64,000 nucleotides of DNA from Eledone cirrhosa (lineage: Eukaryota), in NCBI GenBank assembly GCA_964016885.1, contig OZ024743.1:325376001-325440000 (forward strand), in the 5' to 3' direction. Within the stretch, counting starts at the first letter, position 1. Every line of letters starts with the position of its first letter. The notes beneath the pieces were generated by a model. The model was given only the letters and a program-made list of their open reading frames with translations. It was not told the DNA's origin and made no database searches. Position numbers and translations under genes: made by a program. This document shows, piece after piece, positions 51,685 through 63,400 of the stretch.

Positions 51685-51843
51685 TACTTGATCACACGAA
51701 TGTCTATTTTTGTTAATATTTTGAATTAATATATATATATATATATATATTAAAATAACAGATTAAAGTTTCGTTGCTTTAACCCTTATATATGTGTATA
51801 AATCAAACCCTCTTCAGATTTTAGTCTTCACATTTATTATTAC

Positions 51844-51875
<32 letters not shown>

Positions 51876-52020
51876 AATAATGGGGAAATTCCTCTTTTGT
51901 AAATAAATATTTTGGTGAGAGAAAATCCCTTTAGCGTTTTAGACTGTTTTTTTCTTTTTATACTATTTTATATATATATATTTATAATATGGGCAGCAAA
52001 GAGAGGAATATAAACAAATG

Positions 52021-52088
<68 letters not shown>

Positions 52089-52111
52089 AATGTAACCTCA
52101 CTGTTTTCTAG

Positions 52112-52247
52112 TTTCAACTACCTGTCTAATATGAATCACAAGAAGCGACTTTCTGAAGCTCTAGACTCATTAATACAACAGATCCCTAACCCTAAGAAAT
52201 CGGACCTGATTGTGGTAAGGGCTCGTTTTAGACACTATATTGGAGAG
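52112..52247 (+). CDS. TTC16: TTC16-like exon (FNYLSNMNHKKRLSEALDSLIQQIPNPKKSDLIVVRARFRHYIGE); absent from the ORF track
   Basis: gttttctAG acceptor, GAG|GTAAGT donor; 136 nt bridges phase 2 to phase 0; SDLIVVRAR resembles TTC16 ADVYIFRAR. Confidence 0.85.
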
Positions 52248-52304
52248 GTAAGTGTTAAGAAATAACATATCATTGATTCAGTCATTAGTACTAGGGTTGA
52301 CTTC

Positions 52305-52857
52305 TGTGGACATGCTTACAAAATCAGAAAACAGAACAGCTCCCATGACTTTTGGAAACGTTTTCATGCTCAGAGTTGCTGAAGCATGGATCAAACTACC
52401 TGCATAGGTTGTTAGCAGTCAAAACACTGCATCCTTCAAAACTTCCATGCTTCTCGAAATTTGCCAATGCTACACCTGATATTTCCCCTCCAGACACATG
52501 CACACATGTGTGTGTGTATCAGTGTGTATATCATACACTGTTCACTTTCCTGACATTCTTATATTATTCTATGTACTATATGGGGCGGTGAATTGGCAGT
52601 ATCGGTAGAGGGTTGGACGCCATGCTTTCAAGCATAGTTACGTCCCTTTACGGTCTGAGTTCAAATCCCGTCGAGGTTAACTTTGCCTTTCGTCCTTACA
52701 GGGTCGATAAAATAAAGTACCAGTAATGTACTGGGTAATTGCTGGCCTTGTGCCAAAAGTAGAAACAATTATTCTATGCACTATACATGCACCTTTGATT
52801 AGTTGTAGTGCACCTGGGCACTGTACATAATAATTTTCATTATCATTATTATTATTA
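52305..52857 (+). mobile_element. CR1-like 3' fragment interrupted by a family-A SINE (52583-52772) with an ~18-bp TSD
   Basis: GHAYKIRKQ-like end plus CR1 UTR; ATTATTCTATG[T/C]ACTATA duplicated on both sides of the SINE. Confidence 0.8.
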
Positions 52858-53306
52858 TACAGTCACTTTAAATATGTACCTGTTATATACTGGTTATTCA
52901 GATTAATACCTGGCCTCGTGAAAATGCTAAAAATGACTGAAACAAGTAAAAGAGGTTATAGAAGAAGGTGCCATGCACTGGGAGTGATTACAGAAACACT
53001 TAGTTGTAAAGTAAACTCCTTAACAACATAGCCAAAACTAAACCTATATAAAACTAGAAAAGCTATGTTGAAACTAACATGTGATCCATCATGGTATGAA
53101 GTGTTATTCATGATGTACACTTTCATGCATACATAATTAGATCAGTTAATCAACAACCATGTATGTAAAATGTGGTAGAAATTCTATTTCAATAATAATC
53201 GAGTGTTGTTAACCCTTTCGTTACCAGCCTGGCCCAAACCAAAGCAGTTGAGAGGGTTGTATGGTGTTATAGCCTGTCACATGATTTGGTGTGGGTGAAT
53301 GTGGAT

Positions 53307-54958
53307 CAGAGGCAGTGGAACTGAGAGGGGGTGGGTGGCCATGGCCACCCTAATAGTTATATTTTTCTCCCCAAACTACCAAAACACACATCTATTTGTA
53401 TATGTCCTAAAATTTATGTACATGTTATGTTTATCACATATTGAAGTTTTCTATATCTTGGTTGATATTTGATAATATATTATGTTAATCTTCAAAGTAA
53501 AGTTTTTGTCATGTCATAACTTTTTCTCCACATATCACTATTTGCCAATTGTTAGTTTGTATATTCAGAGACAGATTTCATAGGTCATTTTGTTATAATC
53601 ACTTTAAATAATAAAAATAATGAAATTATTGTGTACAGTGCTCAGGTGCACTACAACTCATCAAAGGTGCATGTATAGTACATAGAATAATATACAAATG
53701 TCAGGGAAGTGAATAGTGTATGAGTCATGATATACATGTGGTGTGCATGTGTATGGAGGGGGAAAATTAGGTGCAGTGTTGGCGAATCTTAAGAAGCATG
53801 GAGGTTTTAAAGGATGCAGTGTCTCGACAGCTAACAACTGATGCAGTTAGTTTGTTCCATGCTTCAGCAACTCTGAGCGTGACAAAATGTTTCCGAAAGT
53901 CATGGGAACTGTGCTGTTTTCTGACTTTGTAGGCATGCCTACGTGTGTTAGACACATGGAAATCAAAAAGGTACTCAGGGTTGTTATTGGCAAGATGGTT
54001 AATAATTTTGTGGGTGTTTACCAGGTCAGTTGTCAGACGTCGGAGCTTCAATGTATCCCTGCCCAGGGAAGCAAGGCGTTCAGAGTATGGTAGATGCCTT
54101 ATGGAAGGTATTCGCTTAGTTGCACGTCTCTGAACAGTTTCCAGGCAGTCAATGTTCTGAGCAAGATAGGGGTTCCAGACTGGTGATGCAAATTCTAAGT
54201 GTGGCTGCACCATAGCTATATACAGCTTTAAATAGATAGCTGGAGAACAGCTGACAAAGGTCTTGGTGAGTGATGCTAAAACACCCTCGGCCTTCTTGAC
54301 AATTTTAGAGACGTGCTTCGTTCAACACAAATCGCTACTGACAGTAATGCCCAGGTCACGTTCACAAGAAGACTTCTTGATATTAGTGTTGTGGAGGGAG
54401 TATGTGGACGCTAGGTTTTTACTCCCAAAATGTATGGTGGTGCGCTTGTCCACAGCTAGCTTGGGTTGCCAGTCAGTGATCCATTGTTGCAGTGTGTCCA
54501 GGTCAGATTGCAGGCAAGATCTATAGTGTTCAGGATCTGTCATTTTTATCTCAAGGAACAGCTTGATGTCATCTGCATATTTCAGCACTGTGGCATTCTT
54601 TAAGTTGGCATCTGTGTCATTAATATATGCCACAAACAAAAGGGGGCCAAGGACAGATCCCTGTGGTACACCAGATGACATCTCATATGGTGAGGAATGC
54701 TGTCCTAGAACTGTGACCAGGAGAGGCATGGTTGCATTTATTTTTAAGGTGACGTTGCAGCATTGCAGGTGTAAATTCCATAGTTGTAATAGAATCCGAT
54801 GTCAGAGGTAATTATTGAAAGCTGTAAATGTAATATGACCTGCTTGGACTCAAATTGGATTTTCTGACCATTTTAGAGTGCAGAGAGCTAAGCTAATCAC
54901 AACAACTAAATTGACCAAATTTGACACCCATAATTCAGAAATACTTCCACCGCCTCTG
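53307..54958. mobile_element. hAT-like TIR element with a 5-bp TSD, hosting a CR1
   Basis: TIRs CAGAGGCAGTGGAACT / ACTTCCACCGCCTCTG; TGGAT duplicated at 53302-53306 and 54959-54963. Confidence 0.65.
53610..54722 (-). mobile_element. CR1-clade LINE, 5'-truncated RT
   Basis: SGVPQGSVLGPLLF, KYADDIKL, ERDLGI, LETVQRRATK, LRVAEAWNKL; 3' UTR with (ATT)-rich tail. Confidence 0.9.
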
Positions 54959-55227
54959 TGGATTGTGTAGTAGAAACTGCAGGTTTAGTAATTTTCTTAG
55001 CAAGAAATGTCAAAATCTAAGGTCACCCTCTCACCAAAACTGTAAGATGGAATTATTTTATTTGGGAGAATGGAGTGCATAGTTAGTAGAAGAGTGAACA
55101 CATTGCAGCGCTAGTATAGAGCATGAAATACTCATGTTTCGACCATGTAACCACCATCCCAATTAGTGTTTTTCTCAACCCTGTCCTCTTGCTATTTTAA
55201 GGATGGGTTTTATTGTTTCCTTTACAG

Positions 55228-55430
55228 TACACCTTATCAACCTATGACTTGATGATGGCTATTGGCAATGTTAATGCAAAAACAATGTTGAAACATATCA
55301 AAGAAAAGGCAGAAGAATTTCGACAGATAGCCATCCAGTTAAATATGCAGCAACATTTCCATGCAGCTATCAGCAAGATTAATTTGGCTATTAAACTCTA
55401 TCCAACCCAGGCCAGCTACTATTTTCTAAG
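55228..55430 (+). CDS. TTC16: TTC16-like exon (YTLSTYDL...AISKINLAIKLYP..ASYYFL)
   Basis: tcctttacAG acceptor, AG|GTAGGT donor; phase 0 to 2; TPR motif. Confidence 0.9.
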
Positions 55431-55444
55431 GTAGGTTTGTATTC

Positions 55445-55995
55445 GGATTGGCAGTATTGGTAGAGGGTCGGACGCCATGCTTTGTAGCATAGAGTTACAG
55501 CCCTTTACGGTCTGAGTTCAAATACCGCTGAGGTTAACTTTGCCTTTCATCCTTACAGGGTTGATAAAATAAAGCACAAGTAATGTACTGGGGTAATTGC
55601 TGGCCTTGTGCCAAAAGTAGAAACAATTATTATCTCTGCTGGGTTAGCATATATATATCACATCGCTAGCCATGAATTTTATGGTTTTTTCCACTCCTTC
55701 CACATTCATTTCCATCACTCCTCTCATACAGTCATTCTTCAACACATGACCCAACCATCTCATTCCATTTCCCACAATATTCATCACTGGCTTTGTTCCC
55801 ATCATCCTCTGCAATTCATTTGTATTCCTCTCTCTTAGGGTGGGGGATTGGCAGTATCAAAAGAGCGTCAGACACCATGCTTTGTAGCATAGAGTTATGG
55901 CCCTTTACTTTCTGAGTTCAAATCCCTCTGAGGTTAGCTTTGCCTTTCATCCTTACAGGGTTCAATAAAATGAAGCACCAGTAACGCACTGGGGG
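55445..55995 (+). mobile_element. Two family-A SINEs (55445-55631; 55838-55995 truncated) around a decayed RTE piece
   Basis: B box and core motifs; the spacer resembles 58365-58560. Confidence 0.75.
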
Positions 55996-57175
55996 TGATG
56001 GTAGTGGTGGCGGTGGTGGTGGTGGTGGAGGTGATGATGATGGTGGTGGTGGTGGTGATGGTGGTGGTGGTGGTGATGGTGGTGGTGGAGGTGATGATGG
56101 TGGTTGTGCTGGTGGCGGTGGTGGAGGTGGCGGTGGTGGAGGTGATGGTGGTGGTGGCGGTGGTGGAGGTGGTGATAGTGGTGGTGGCAGTGGTGGGGGT
56201 GGTGGTGGCAGTGGTGGTGGTGGTGGTGGTGGAGGTGATGATGGTGGTTGTGGTGGTGGCGGTGGTGGAGGTGATGATGATGGTGGTGGTGGAGGTGGAG
56301 GTGGTGGTGGTGGTGGCAGTAGTGGTGTAGGTGGTGGAGGTGATGATGGTGGTGGCAGTGGTGGAGGTGGTGGTGGCAGTGGTGGTGGCGGTGGTCGTTG
56401 TGGTGGTGGCGGTGGTGGTGGTTGTGGTGGTGGAGGTGGAGGTGATGGTGGTGGTGGTGGTGGTGGTGGTGGTGGAGGTGGCGGTGGTGGAGGTGGCGGT
56501 GGTGGAGGTGATGATGGTGGTTGTGGTGGTGGAGGTGGTGATGGTGGTGGTGGCAGTGGTGGAGGTGGTGGTGGCAGTGGTGGTGGTGGAGGTGATGATG
56601 GTGGTTGTGGTGGTGGCGGTGGTGGAGGTGATGATGGTGGTGGTGGTGGTGGCAGTGGTGGTGTAGGTGGTGGAGGTGATGATGGTGGTGGCAGTGATGG
56701 AGGTGGTGGTGGCAGTGGTGGTGGTGGTGGTTGTTGTGGTGGTGGTGGTGGTGGAGGTGGTGTTGGCGGTGGTGGTGGTGGTGTTGGCGGTGGTGGTTGT
56801 GGTGGTGGTGGTGGTAATGGTGGTGGTGTTGGCGGTGGTGGTTGTGGTGGTGGAGGTGGAGGTGATGGTGGTGGTGGTGGAGGTGGTGGTGGTGGAGGTG
56901 GCGGTTGTGGAGGTGATGATGGTGGTGGTGGTGGTGGTGGTGGTGGTGGTGGCAGTGGTGGTGGTGGTGGAGGTGATGATGGTGGTGGTAGTGGCGGTGG
57001 TGGAGGTGATGATGGTGGTGGTGGTGGCAGTGGTGGTGGTGGAGGTGATGATGATGGTGGTGGTGGTGGTGGTGGCGGTGGAGGTGATGATGGTGGTGGT
57101 GGTGGCGGTGATGATGGTGGTGGTGGTGGCAGTGGTGGTGGTGGGGGTGATGGTGGTGAAAGCAGTGGCAGTTGT
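55995..57175. repeat. Degenerate (GTG)n low-complexity tract
   Basis: GTG/GAG/GCG/ATG triplets over ~1.2 kb. Confidence 0.95.
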
Positions 57176-57560
57176 TGTTTAGCCCCAGGTCAACCCTGAG
57201 TTATTGCATTCTAACTGTAATTCATAATGTTGTTACTGTGGTGGTTGTTGTTGTTAGTGTAACTGTTGCTATTGTTACAGTGCTTGTTGGTGTTGTTACT
57301 GTTATTATTGTTTAGCCCCAGGTCAATATGATTGAACAGATCTATGAACAAAGATTTATTTTTTGCAAGGAATATATCATTTTTCAAAGATGGTAGAATA
57401 AAATTTCAGGATGATTTGGCTGCTATTTCTAGTAGAACAAGTGATCGCATGTAAGCTACCTCATTAGCTTGATATATGCTGTTATTATTCCCCCTCCATA
57501 CACATGTACGCACGTATCTGTGTGTATATCCTGACTCATACACTGTTCACTTTCCTGACA

Positions 57561-57955
57561 TTGGCAGTATTGGTACAGGGTCAGACGCCATGCTTTGCAG
57601 CACAGAGTTGCGGCCCTTTGCAGTCAGAGTTCAAATCTCGCCGAGGTTAACTTTGCCTTTCATCCTTACGGGGTAGATAAAATAAAGCACCAGTAACATA
57701 CTGGGGTCATTTAATCGACCCCCGCCCCTATTACTAGCCTTGTGCCTATACTAGAAATCATTATTATTATCAATCCACAGTATCGGTAGAGTGTCAGACG
57801 CAATGCTTTGCAGCAAAGAGTTACGGCCCTTTATGGTCTGAGTTCAAATCCCGCCGAGGTTAACTTTGCCTTTCATCCTTACGGGGTCGATAAAATAAAG
57901 TACCAGTAATGCACTGGGTAATTGCTGGCCTTGTGCCAAAAGTAGAAACAATTAT
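57561..57955 (+). mobile_element. Two family-A SINEs
   Basis: 57561-57770 (variant tail) and 57780-57955. Confidence 0.8.
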
Positions 57956-58309
57956 TGTTTAACTCTAGGTAAGCTCTGATTGAACAGATCTACAATCTGC
58001 AACAGTCTATCCATGACCCAGCATGTCTTTATTTATTTATCATTTTTTTCCAGTGTTGAGATTTTAAGGAAAATTGGCAGCTATTTCTTGTAGAATAAGT
58101 AGTTACATGGAGGTTACCTTGCTAGCAGTCATATGATCAAACTAACTATGGTTGTTATTATTGTTTAGCACCATGCTGGCCATGATCTAGCTGATATATG
58201 ATCAAAACTATCCATCTATGACCATCCCTCACACATTGCTGGTGTATTGTTATACTTAGATATCATGAATGCTTGCTAAACACAACAACAACAACAAATG
58301 TTTAAGGCC

Positions 58310-58810
58310 ATTTTCCTTGCCCTACCAAGCCCCTGGTCTACGTTTCTCCCTCATGCCCAGCCATGACTTTGGTGGTTTTTTCCCTCCTTCCACATTCATT
58401 TCCATCACTCCTCTCATACAGTCATTTTCATTTTTTTTCAAAACATAACCTAACCATCTCATTCTATTTCTCCTCACAACATTAATTACTGGCTCTGTTC
58501 CCTTCATCCTCTGAAATTCATTATAATTCATTATTTGTTTCCTCCCCCCTCTCTCTTAGAGCAATCCTTCTCAAATCCATCAAACCATTATTATTTCCAT
58601 TCTTTCTAGCCTTCTCTGTTGTTCCACATTCATCACCCAAGTCTCACTCCTATAAATCATGAGACATCTTATGGCCACTCACATATACCTTCCCCTTTAA
58701 TTTCTGTGACTCTCTCCTGGGTTCTCAGAACTTCTTCCATTCACATCTCACTGTAGCTAGTGTCACCAAGTCTTATCCCCCCCACTTCTTCATACATCAT
58801 GTCTTCTAGC
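58310..58810 (-). mobile_element. Highly decayed RTE-like LINE fragment
   Basis: VRRNRMRWLGYVLKK...VEG..K.PKSW; IYRSETW motif on the minus strand. Confidence 0.6.
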
Positions 58811-58867
58811 TAACAACATTTTTTTACAACCATACCAAAAATATTCTCTCCAAACTCTATTGCACAG

Positions 58868-59115
58868 GGGTGTCTTGTATCGTCACATAAATGAGTTCAC
58901 TTTATCCATTGATGACTTGATAGAAGCAATTCAGCAGAGCAGACCTGATGAGACAGAACTGATTAGTTCTAATGCAGAGAAACAACTTTTACTGACCTTC
59001 AACGATTTTGCTATAGAGTGTGTAAATAGTGGCTACACTGATGTAGCCATAGACTTGCTTAACAAGGCCATCGAAGTAGAGAAAACAGAGAAAGGACTCT
59101 ACCTGAACAGAGCTG
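58868..59115 (+). CDS. TTC16: TTC16-like exon (GVLYRH...QLLLTFNDFAIEC...LLNKAIEVEKTEKGLYLNRA)
   Basis: tgcacAG acceptor, G|GTTAGT donor; diagnostic resemblance to TTC16 QLLLTYNDFAVHC...LLNKAL..EKGLYINRG (from memory). Confidence 0.93.
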
Positions 59116-60084
59116 GTTAGTGGGTACTCTTTGTTTTCTGTGTGTTTTACACATACCTATATACATACATATATACATACATATACACACACTCATACGC
59201 ACAGACACACACATACATAGATACATACTCACCTACATGGCGCTTTATGCCTGACATGGACTTACATACTTTACCCCACATATGGCAAGTTAAGGCTGCA
59301 ACATGAACCTACAGATCTGTGTATTCCACTCAATTTTCCTCCCCATGACTCTTTAAATGTCCTCTGCATCTAGGTTTGGACAGAAGAATTTGATCCCTAA
59401 CTAGACACATCAGCTCTTCTTTGGACAAGCAATCCTCAGGTAGCTCAATGTCACACCTTTTCCATGCTTTTCAGTTTTTCATGCTTTATACATTTTAATT
59501 CATATTTTTCATCCCTTCATACAGAATTTTCTTTCATAAAACCCTATAACAAGCACCTGTTTCCTAGTTGTTCTATGCAACCCCAATCCTTTCAAGTTGT
59601 TTTTTATGTTGTTGCAAAATCACAAAATCGTCTCTTCCCTATATTTAGCTTTTCATATAACAATTATTTTGGCATTCTCTCATCCACATGCCTAACAACA
59701 TGCCAAATGCAACACAAGCTACTTTTCATCAAATGGGATTCTATGTTCATGCTGTTAGCACATTGAGGCACAGCTGTATCAGGTGTAAAGCTTGTCTATT
59801 TTATTCCCAGAATCTGTTGTGATGAACACTTTCTAAAGGCTATGTACTTTCTGTGTAATGGTCCATGTATTTGGCCTTCCAATAAATGGAGGCTACAAAA
59901 CGATTCAACAACAGAAATATTTGACTGCTTTGCAGCAGTCCTTGTTTTTCACCTTATTTTGGCTTCTTTTATCTTTTTTCTCTCTCCACTCTCTCTCCTG
60001 TTTCTGTTTCTTAATTATAAAGGGTATCCAATACCTTTCCCAGTCTATCATGGATTACTAGCTACATTTTTTCACACTTAGGAT

Positions 60085-60370
60085 TTCTGAAGTATGGAAC
60101 AAGCTACCTGCATCATTTGTTAGTTATTGGGACACTGCATCCTTCAAAACTTCCATGCTTCCCAAAATTCACCAACACTACACCTGATATTCCCTCTCCA
60201 TACACACACACATGGGCATGTGTGTATGTCTGTGTGTATATCAGGACTCATATACAATTCACTTTCCTGACATTTGTACATTATTCTACGTACTATACAT
60301 GCACCTTAGATGAGTTGTAGTGCACCTGAGCACTGTATACAATAATTGTCATGATTATTATTATTATTAT
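60085..60370 (+). mobile_element. CR1-like 3' fragment
   Basis: Same 3' ORF end and UTR as 52375-52857. Confidence 0.8.
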
Positions 60371-60471
60371 GTTTAAGGTATTAGATATCATGGCATACCA
60401 GCACTATGTGGATATTTAAATTGATCAAATATGTAAATAAATATAAAATATACCCTCTTTTTCTTCCACAG

Positions 60472-60623
60472 AATGTTTTTATAGGAACGACGATTACAAT
60501 TTTGCTCTGCAGGACTATGAACAAGCTTTGGAGTTAGATCCCATGGATCGGAAGTATTTTCTCAGGATTTCTGAACTCTGTTACTTATTAGCTCAGCAGC
60601 ATTACACTAACCGAGACTTTGAG
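60472..60623 (+). CDS. TTC16: TTC16-like exon (ECFYRNDDYNFALQDYEQALELDPMD...RDFE); absent from the ORF track
   Basis: ttcttccacAG acceptor, GAG|GTAGAG donor; phase 1 to 0; resembles DCFF...FAEADYQQALALSP. Confidence 0.9.
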
Positions 60624-61066
60624 GTAGAGAAAATAGTTTGTGTGTATTGTGTATGAGAGAGAGAGAATATGTGTGTGTATGAGAAAAAGAGAGGAGAAAG
60701 AATGTGTGTGTGTATGAGAGAAAGAGAGGAGAGAGAGAGTGTATGTGTGAGAAAGAGAGTGTGTATGCATGAGAGAGAGAGTGTGTGTGTGCATGAGAAA
60801 GAGAGAATGTAATTGTGTGAGTCTTTGTTTGTACCTATGTCTTTGTATGTGTGTGAATGTAGATATGTGTATGCGTGTGAAAATATTTAATAAAAGATAC
60901 TACTAATGATTTTCAAATAGTTTCAAAAGTAATCTAGAATTTGGAAAAATTTAATAATAAACTAACTTTCTCATAATTTAACAAAGGATATTACATAAAA
61001 TTATGATGGAAGGTTTTTCAATAATATATACATTTTAAAACAAGTACTTTCATATCATAGAATCAT

Positions 61067-61298
61067 CAGACCTGTCATTTCTCCCTGTCCGGCAGGGAGA
61101 TCTGCTTGTCCAATAGGGAGATCTCCCTGTCCGATGGGGATATCTCCCCCACTTTGGCTCATTTCTCCCTGTTTTTTTGTGAAAATTGGTAAAGCTTTCA
61201 TTATGTAAAATCTCCATATTTTGCCTCATTTCTTCCCATTTTGGGGCACTTTTTTTCATGGTACTTCCCATTTGGGTTTTTAGAGGTTGGTAGGTCTG
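61067..61298. mobile_element. MITE with a 6-bp TSD (hAT-like termini)
   Basis: CAGACCTGTCA ... TGGTAGGTCTG; AATCAT on both flanks; subterminal TCTCCCTGT/GGGAGA repeats. Confidence 0.65.
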
Positions 61299-61442
61299 AA
61301 TCATGGAAAGTTTCAGAATGAAAGGGTTAATAATCTACTGACTAAATACTGGAAAAGTAGTTCTGAATTCTAGTTGACTTGATCTAGAACTATGCATTAA
61401 ATGTAATTCAATTACTGCATGGAAAAGTCGTTTTAGTCCTTC

Positions 61443-61618
61443 AACACACAAAACTGTTAGCTTCATTTTACATATATCATTTATTTCTTGGTGTCAAAAG
61501 TTTCATTGCACTTCAGAGTTGGAATGGGACTGTGTCAGTGACCAGGTTGCAGAAAATGAAAATGTTGACACCGAGAAATAAATAATAAATGTAAAGTGAA
61601 TTTAACAGTTTTTGTGTT
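61443..61618. mobile_element. Foldback/MITE-like palindrome
   Basis: AAAACTGTTAG..TTTACAT..ATTTATTTCTTGGTGTCAA pairs with TTGACACCGAGAAATAAAT..ATGTAAA..TAACAGTTTT. Confidence 0.6.
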
Positions 61619-61775
61619 TAACAAATGGCTAACATATAATATTGAATCTGTCTCCCCCAAGCTACACATTCTATCAAATAACATTACTCCAAAGGCCCTT
61701 CGGAGAAACCCCATTTTGGCTGCTTGTAATAATAAAAAAAATTAATTATAATAACAATAAAACTTTATATTGCAG

Positions 61776-61868
61776 GAATCTCTGATAAGATTGAACAAAG
61801 CAGCGATTTATTCACCAACTTCTGGCAAGATATATATATTAAGAGCCAAGTGTAAACACATGTTAATG
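61776..61868 (+). CDS. TTC16: TTC16-like exon (ESLIRLNKAAIYSPTSGKIYILRAKCKHMLM); absent from the ORF track
   Basis: tattgcAG acceptor, ATG|GTAAGG donor; 93 nt, phase 0-0; resembles YYLYRAKSRQLL. Confidence 0.88.
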
Positions 61869-62650
61869 GTAAGGGTTTGCTTTCTTCTCTCTTATTTCAG
61901 ATTTTAGAGATCATGGATTGACAGAGTTATTAGATTGTCAGATAACTCTGTGAGTGATTTTGTTTCATAGAATCAAAGCCATTTTGAAGTGGGTTGGTAT
62001 CAAAAGGTGGTCTAGATGTTAGGGTGTTGGGTTCATGATCATAAGGCTAGCCCTACAACATGTGCTCCCTTCTTCAAGTTGTGCACCCCATTCTTCCAAA
62101 TAAAATAATGTCATCTTACAGTTTAGAAAGCTGACAAACCTAGTTTTTGACATTTCTTTCTCTGACCATGCTGAAAAAATTATTTAGCCTGCACTTCCTA
62201 CTACACAGTTTGCTCTCGACCACACCAAATTATGTAACAGCTCATAACATCATATGGACACCATTTGAGATGTTTCCACAATGCTTCTATACAGCACAGA
62301 TGTTTGGTGATTTATTTACTAATTGTAGCAAATTATTATATATTTAATTTCATCATCATCATCATCATCATTTAATATCCATTCTTCCATGCTGGCCTGG
62401 GTTGTGAACCTTTAAGATTCAGTAATGCACTTCTGCGAAGTTTGCCCCTGATGCAGCTACCAAGCTCGTCTCAAAGATAGAATCAGCCCTGGCTGTAACA
62501 ATAACACCTACAATAATCTAACCATACTTATTCTCTCTTTGCTGTAGCCCATCCTCAATCTTCCTCTAAACCACCTGATTAACTGGCCATGCCTCCACAC
62601 TAACTCTGTGTAATCCAAATTTATAAACTTCTAGACACATAAACTGTGTG

Positions 62651-63203
62651 TATAATCCAGAAACCTGATGTCTAAAGATACAGACTCTGCATTCCAGCAA
62701 CTTATCTTCTAGAAATACAGACTCTATATTCCAGAAACTTATCTTCTAGAAATACAGTCTCTATAATCCAGAAACCTATCTTCTAGAAATACAGTCTCTA
62801 TAATCCAGAAACCTATCTCTTCTAGAAATACAGACTCTATATTCCAAAAACTTATCTTCTAGAAATACAGACTCTATATTCCAAAAACTTATCTTCTAGA
62901 AATACAGACTTTATATTCTAGAAACCTGATGTCTAAAGATACAGTCTCTATATTCCAGAAACCTGATGTCTAAAGATACAGACTTTATATTCCAGAAACC
63001 TATCTTCTAGAAATACAGACTCTATATTCCAAAAACCTATCTTCTAGAAATATAGACTCTATAATCTAGAAACCTATCTTCTAGAAATACAGACTCTATA
63101 TTCCAGAAACCTATCTTCTAGAAATACAGACTCTATAATCTAAAAACTTATCTTCTAGAAATACAGACTCTATAATCTAGAAACCTATTTTCTATACCTA
63201 CAG
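62651..63203. repeat. 37-bp minisatellite (~14-15 units) running into a splice acceptor
   Basis: Unit TCCAGAAAC[C/T]TATCTTCTAGAAATACAGACTCTATA[T/A]; variant CCTGATGTCTAAAGATACAG. Confidence 0.92.
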
Positions 63204-63400
63204 GATACAATTGGTGCCAGACATGACATTTTACTCGGTTTCCATTTGCTGCCAACCAATAAAGATATCCTGCCAGTATTTTTATACCTCTTTCCATCAA
63301 TTACAACCACAGATATATTGACCAGTCCACTAGCAACAGAAACCAGAATTATAGCTAAAAAGTTGCTCTCTGATCCACAATTACCCCAAACTATAGAAAG
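63204..63400 (+). CDS. TTC16: TTC16-like exon (DTIGARHDILLGFHLLP...LFP.....DILTSPLA...); no stop, so the gene probably continues beyond the window
   Basis: cctacAG acceptor, AG|GTAAGA donor; resembles TTC16 GARQDV..LLLNP...LFPGMSVEEVLST. Confidence 0.88.

Larger units (their letters stand above)
48038..51732. mobile_element. Penelope-like remnant bounded by ~240-bp inverted pseudo-LTRs (48038-48278 / 51492-51732), family HH-B
   Basis: Near-identical inverted repeats, each with a hammerhead; AT-rich degenerate interior; ends at (TA)n. Confidence 0.65.

Noticed and set aside
51762-51830. Additional minus-strand hammerhead (CTGAAGA...GAAACTTTAATC), related to 18260-18420
   Set aside because: Core-like words are present but stems I and II do not pair convincingly; at most a decayed relic
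55995-57182. Poly-Val ORFs
   Set aside because: Translation of a (GTG)n tract inside an intron; no splice or homology support
62651-63195. Common origin of the 37-bp minisatellite and the 38-bp satellite
   Set aside because: Shared TATATT..AAA.CTAT words are explainable by AT richness; no convincing full-unit alignment
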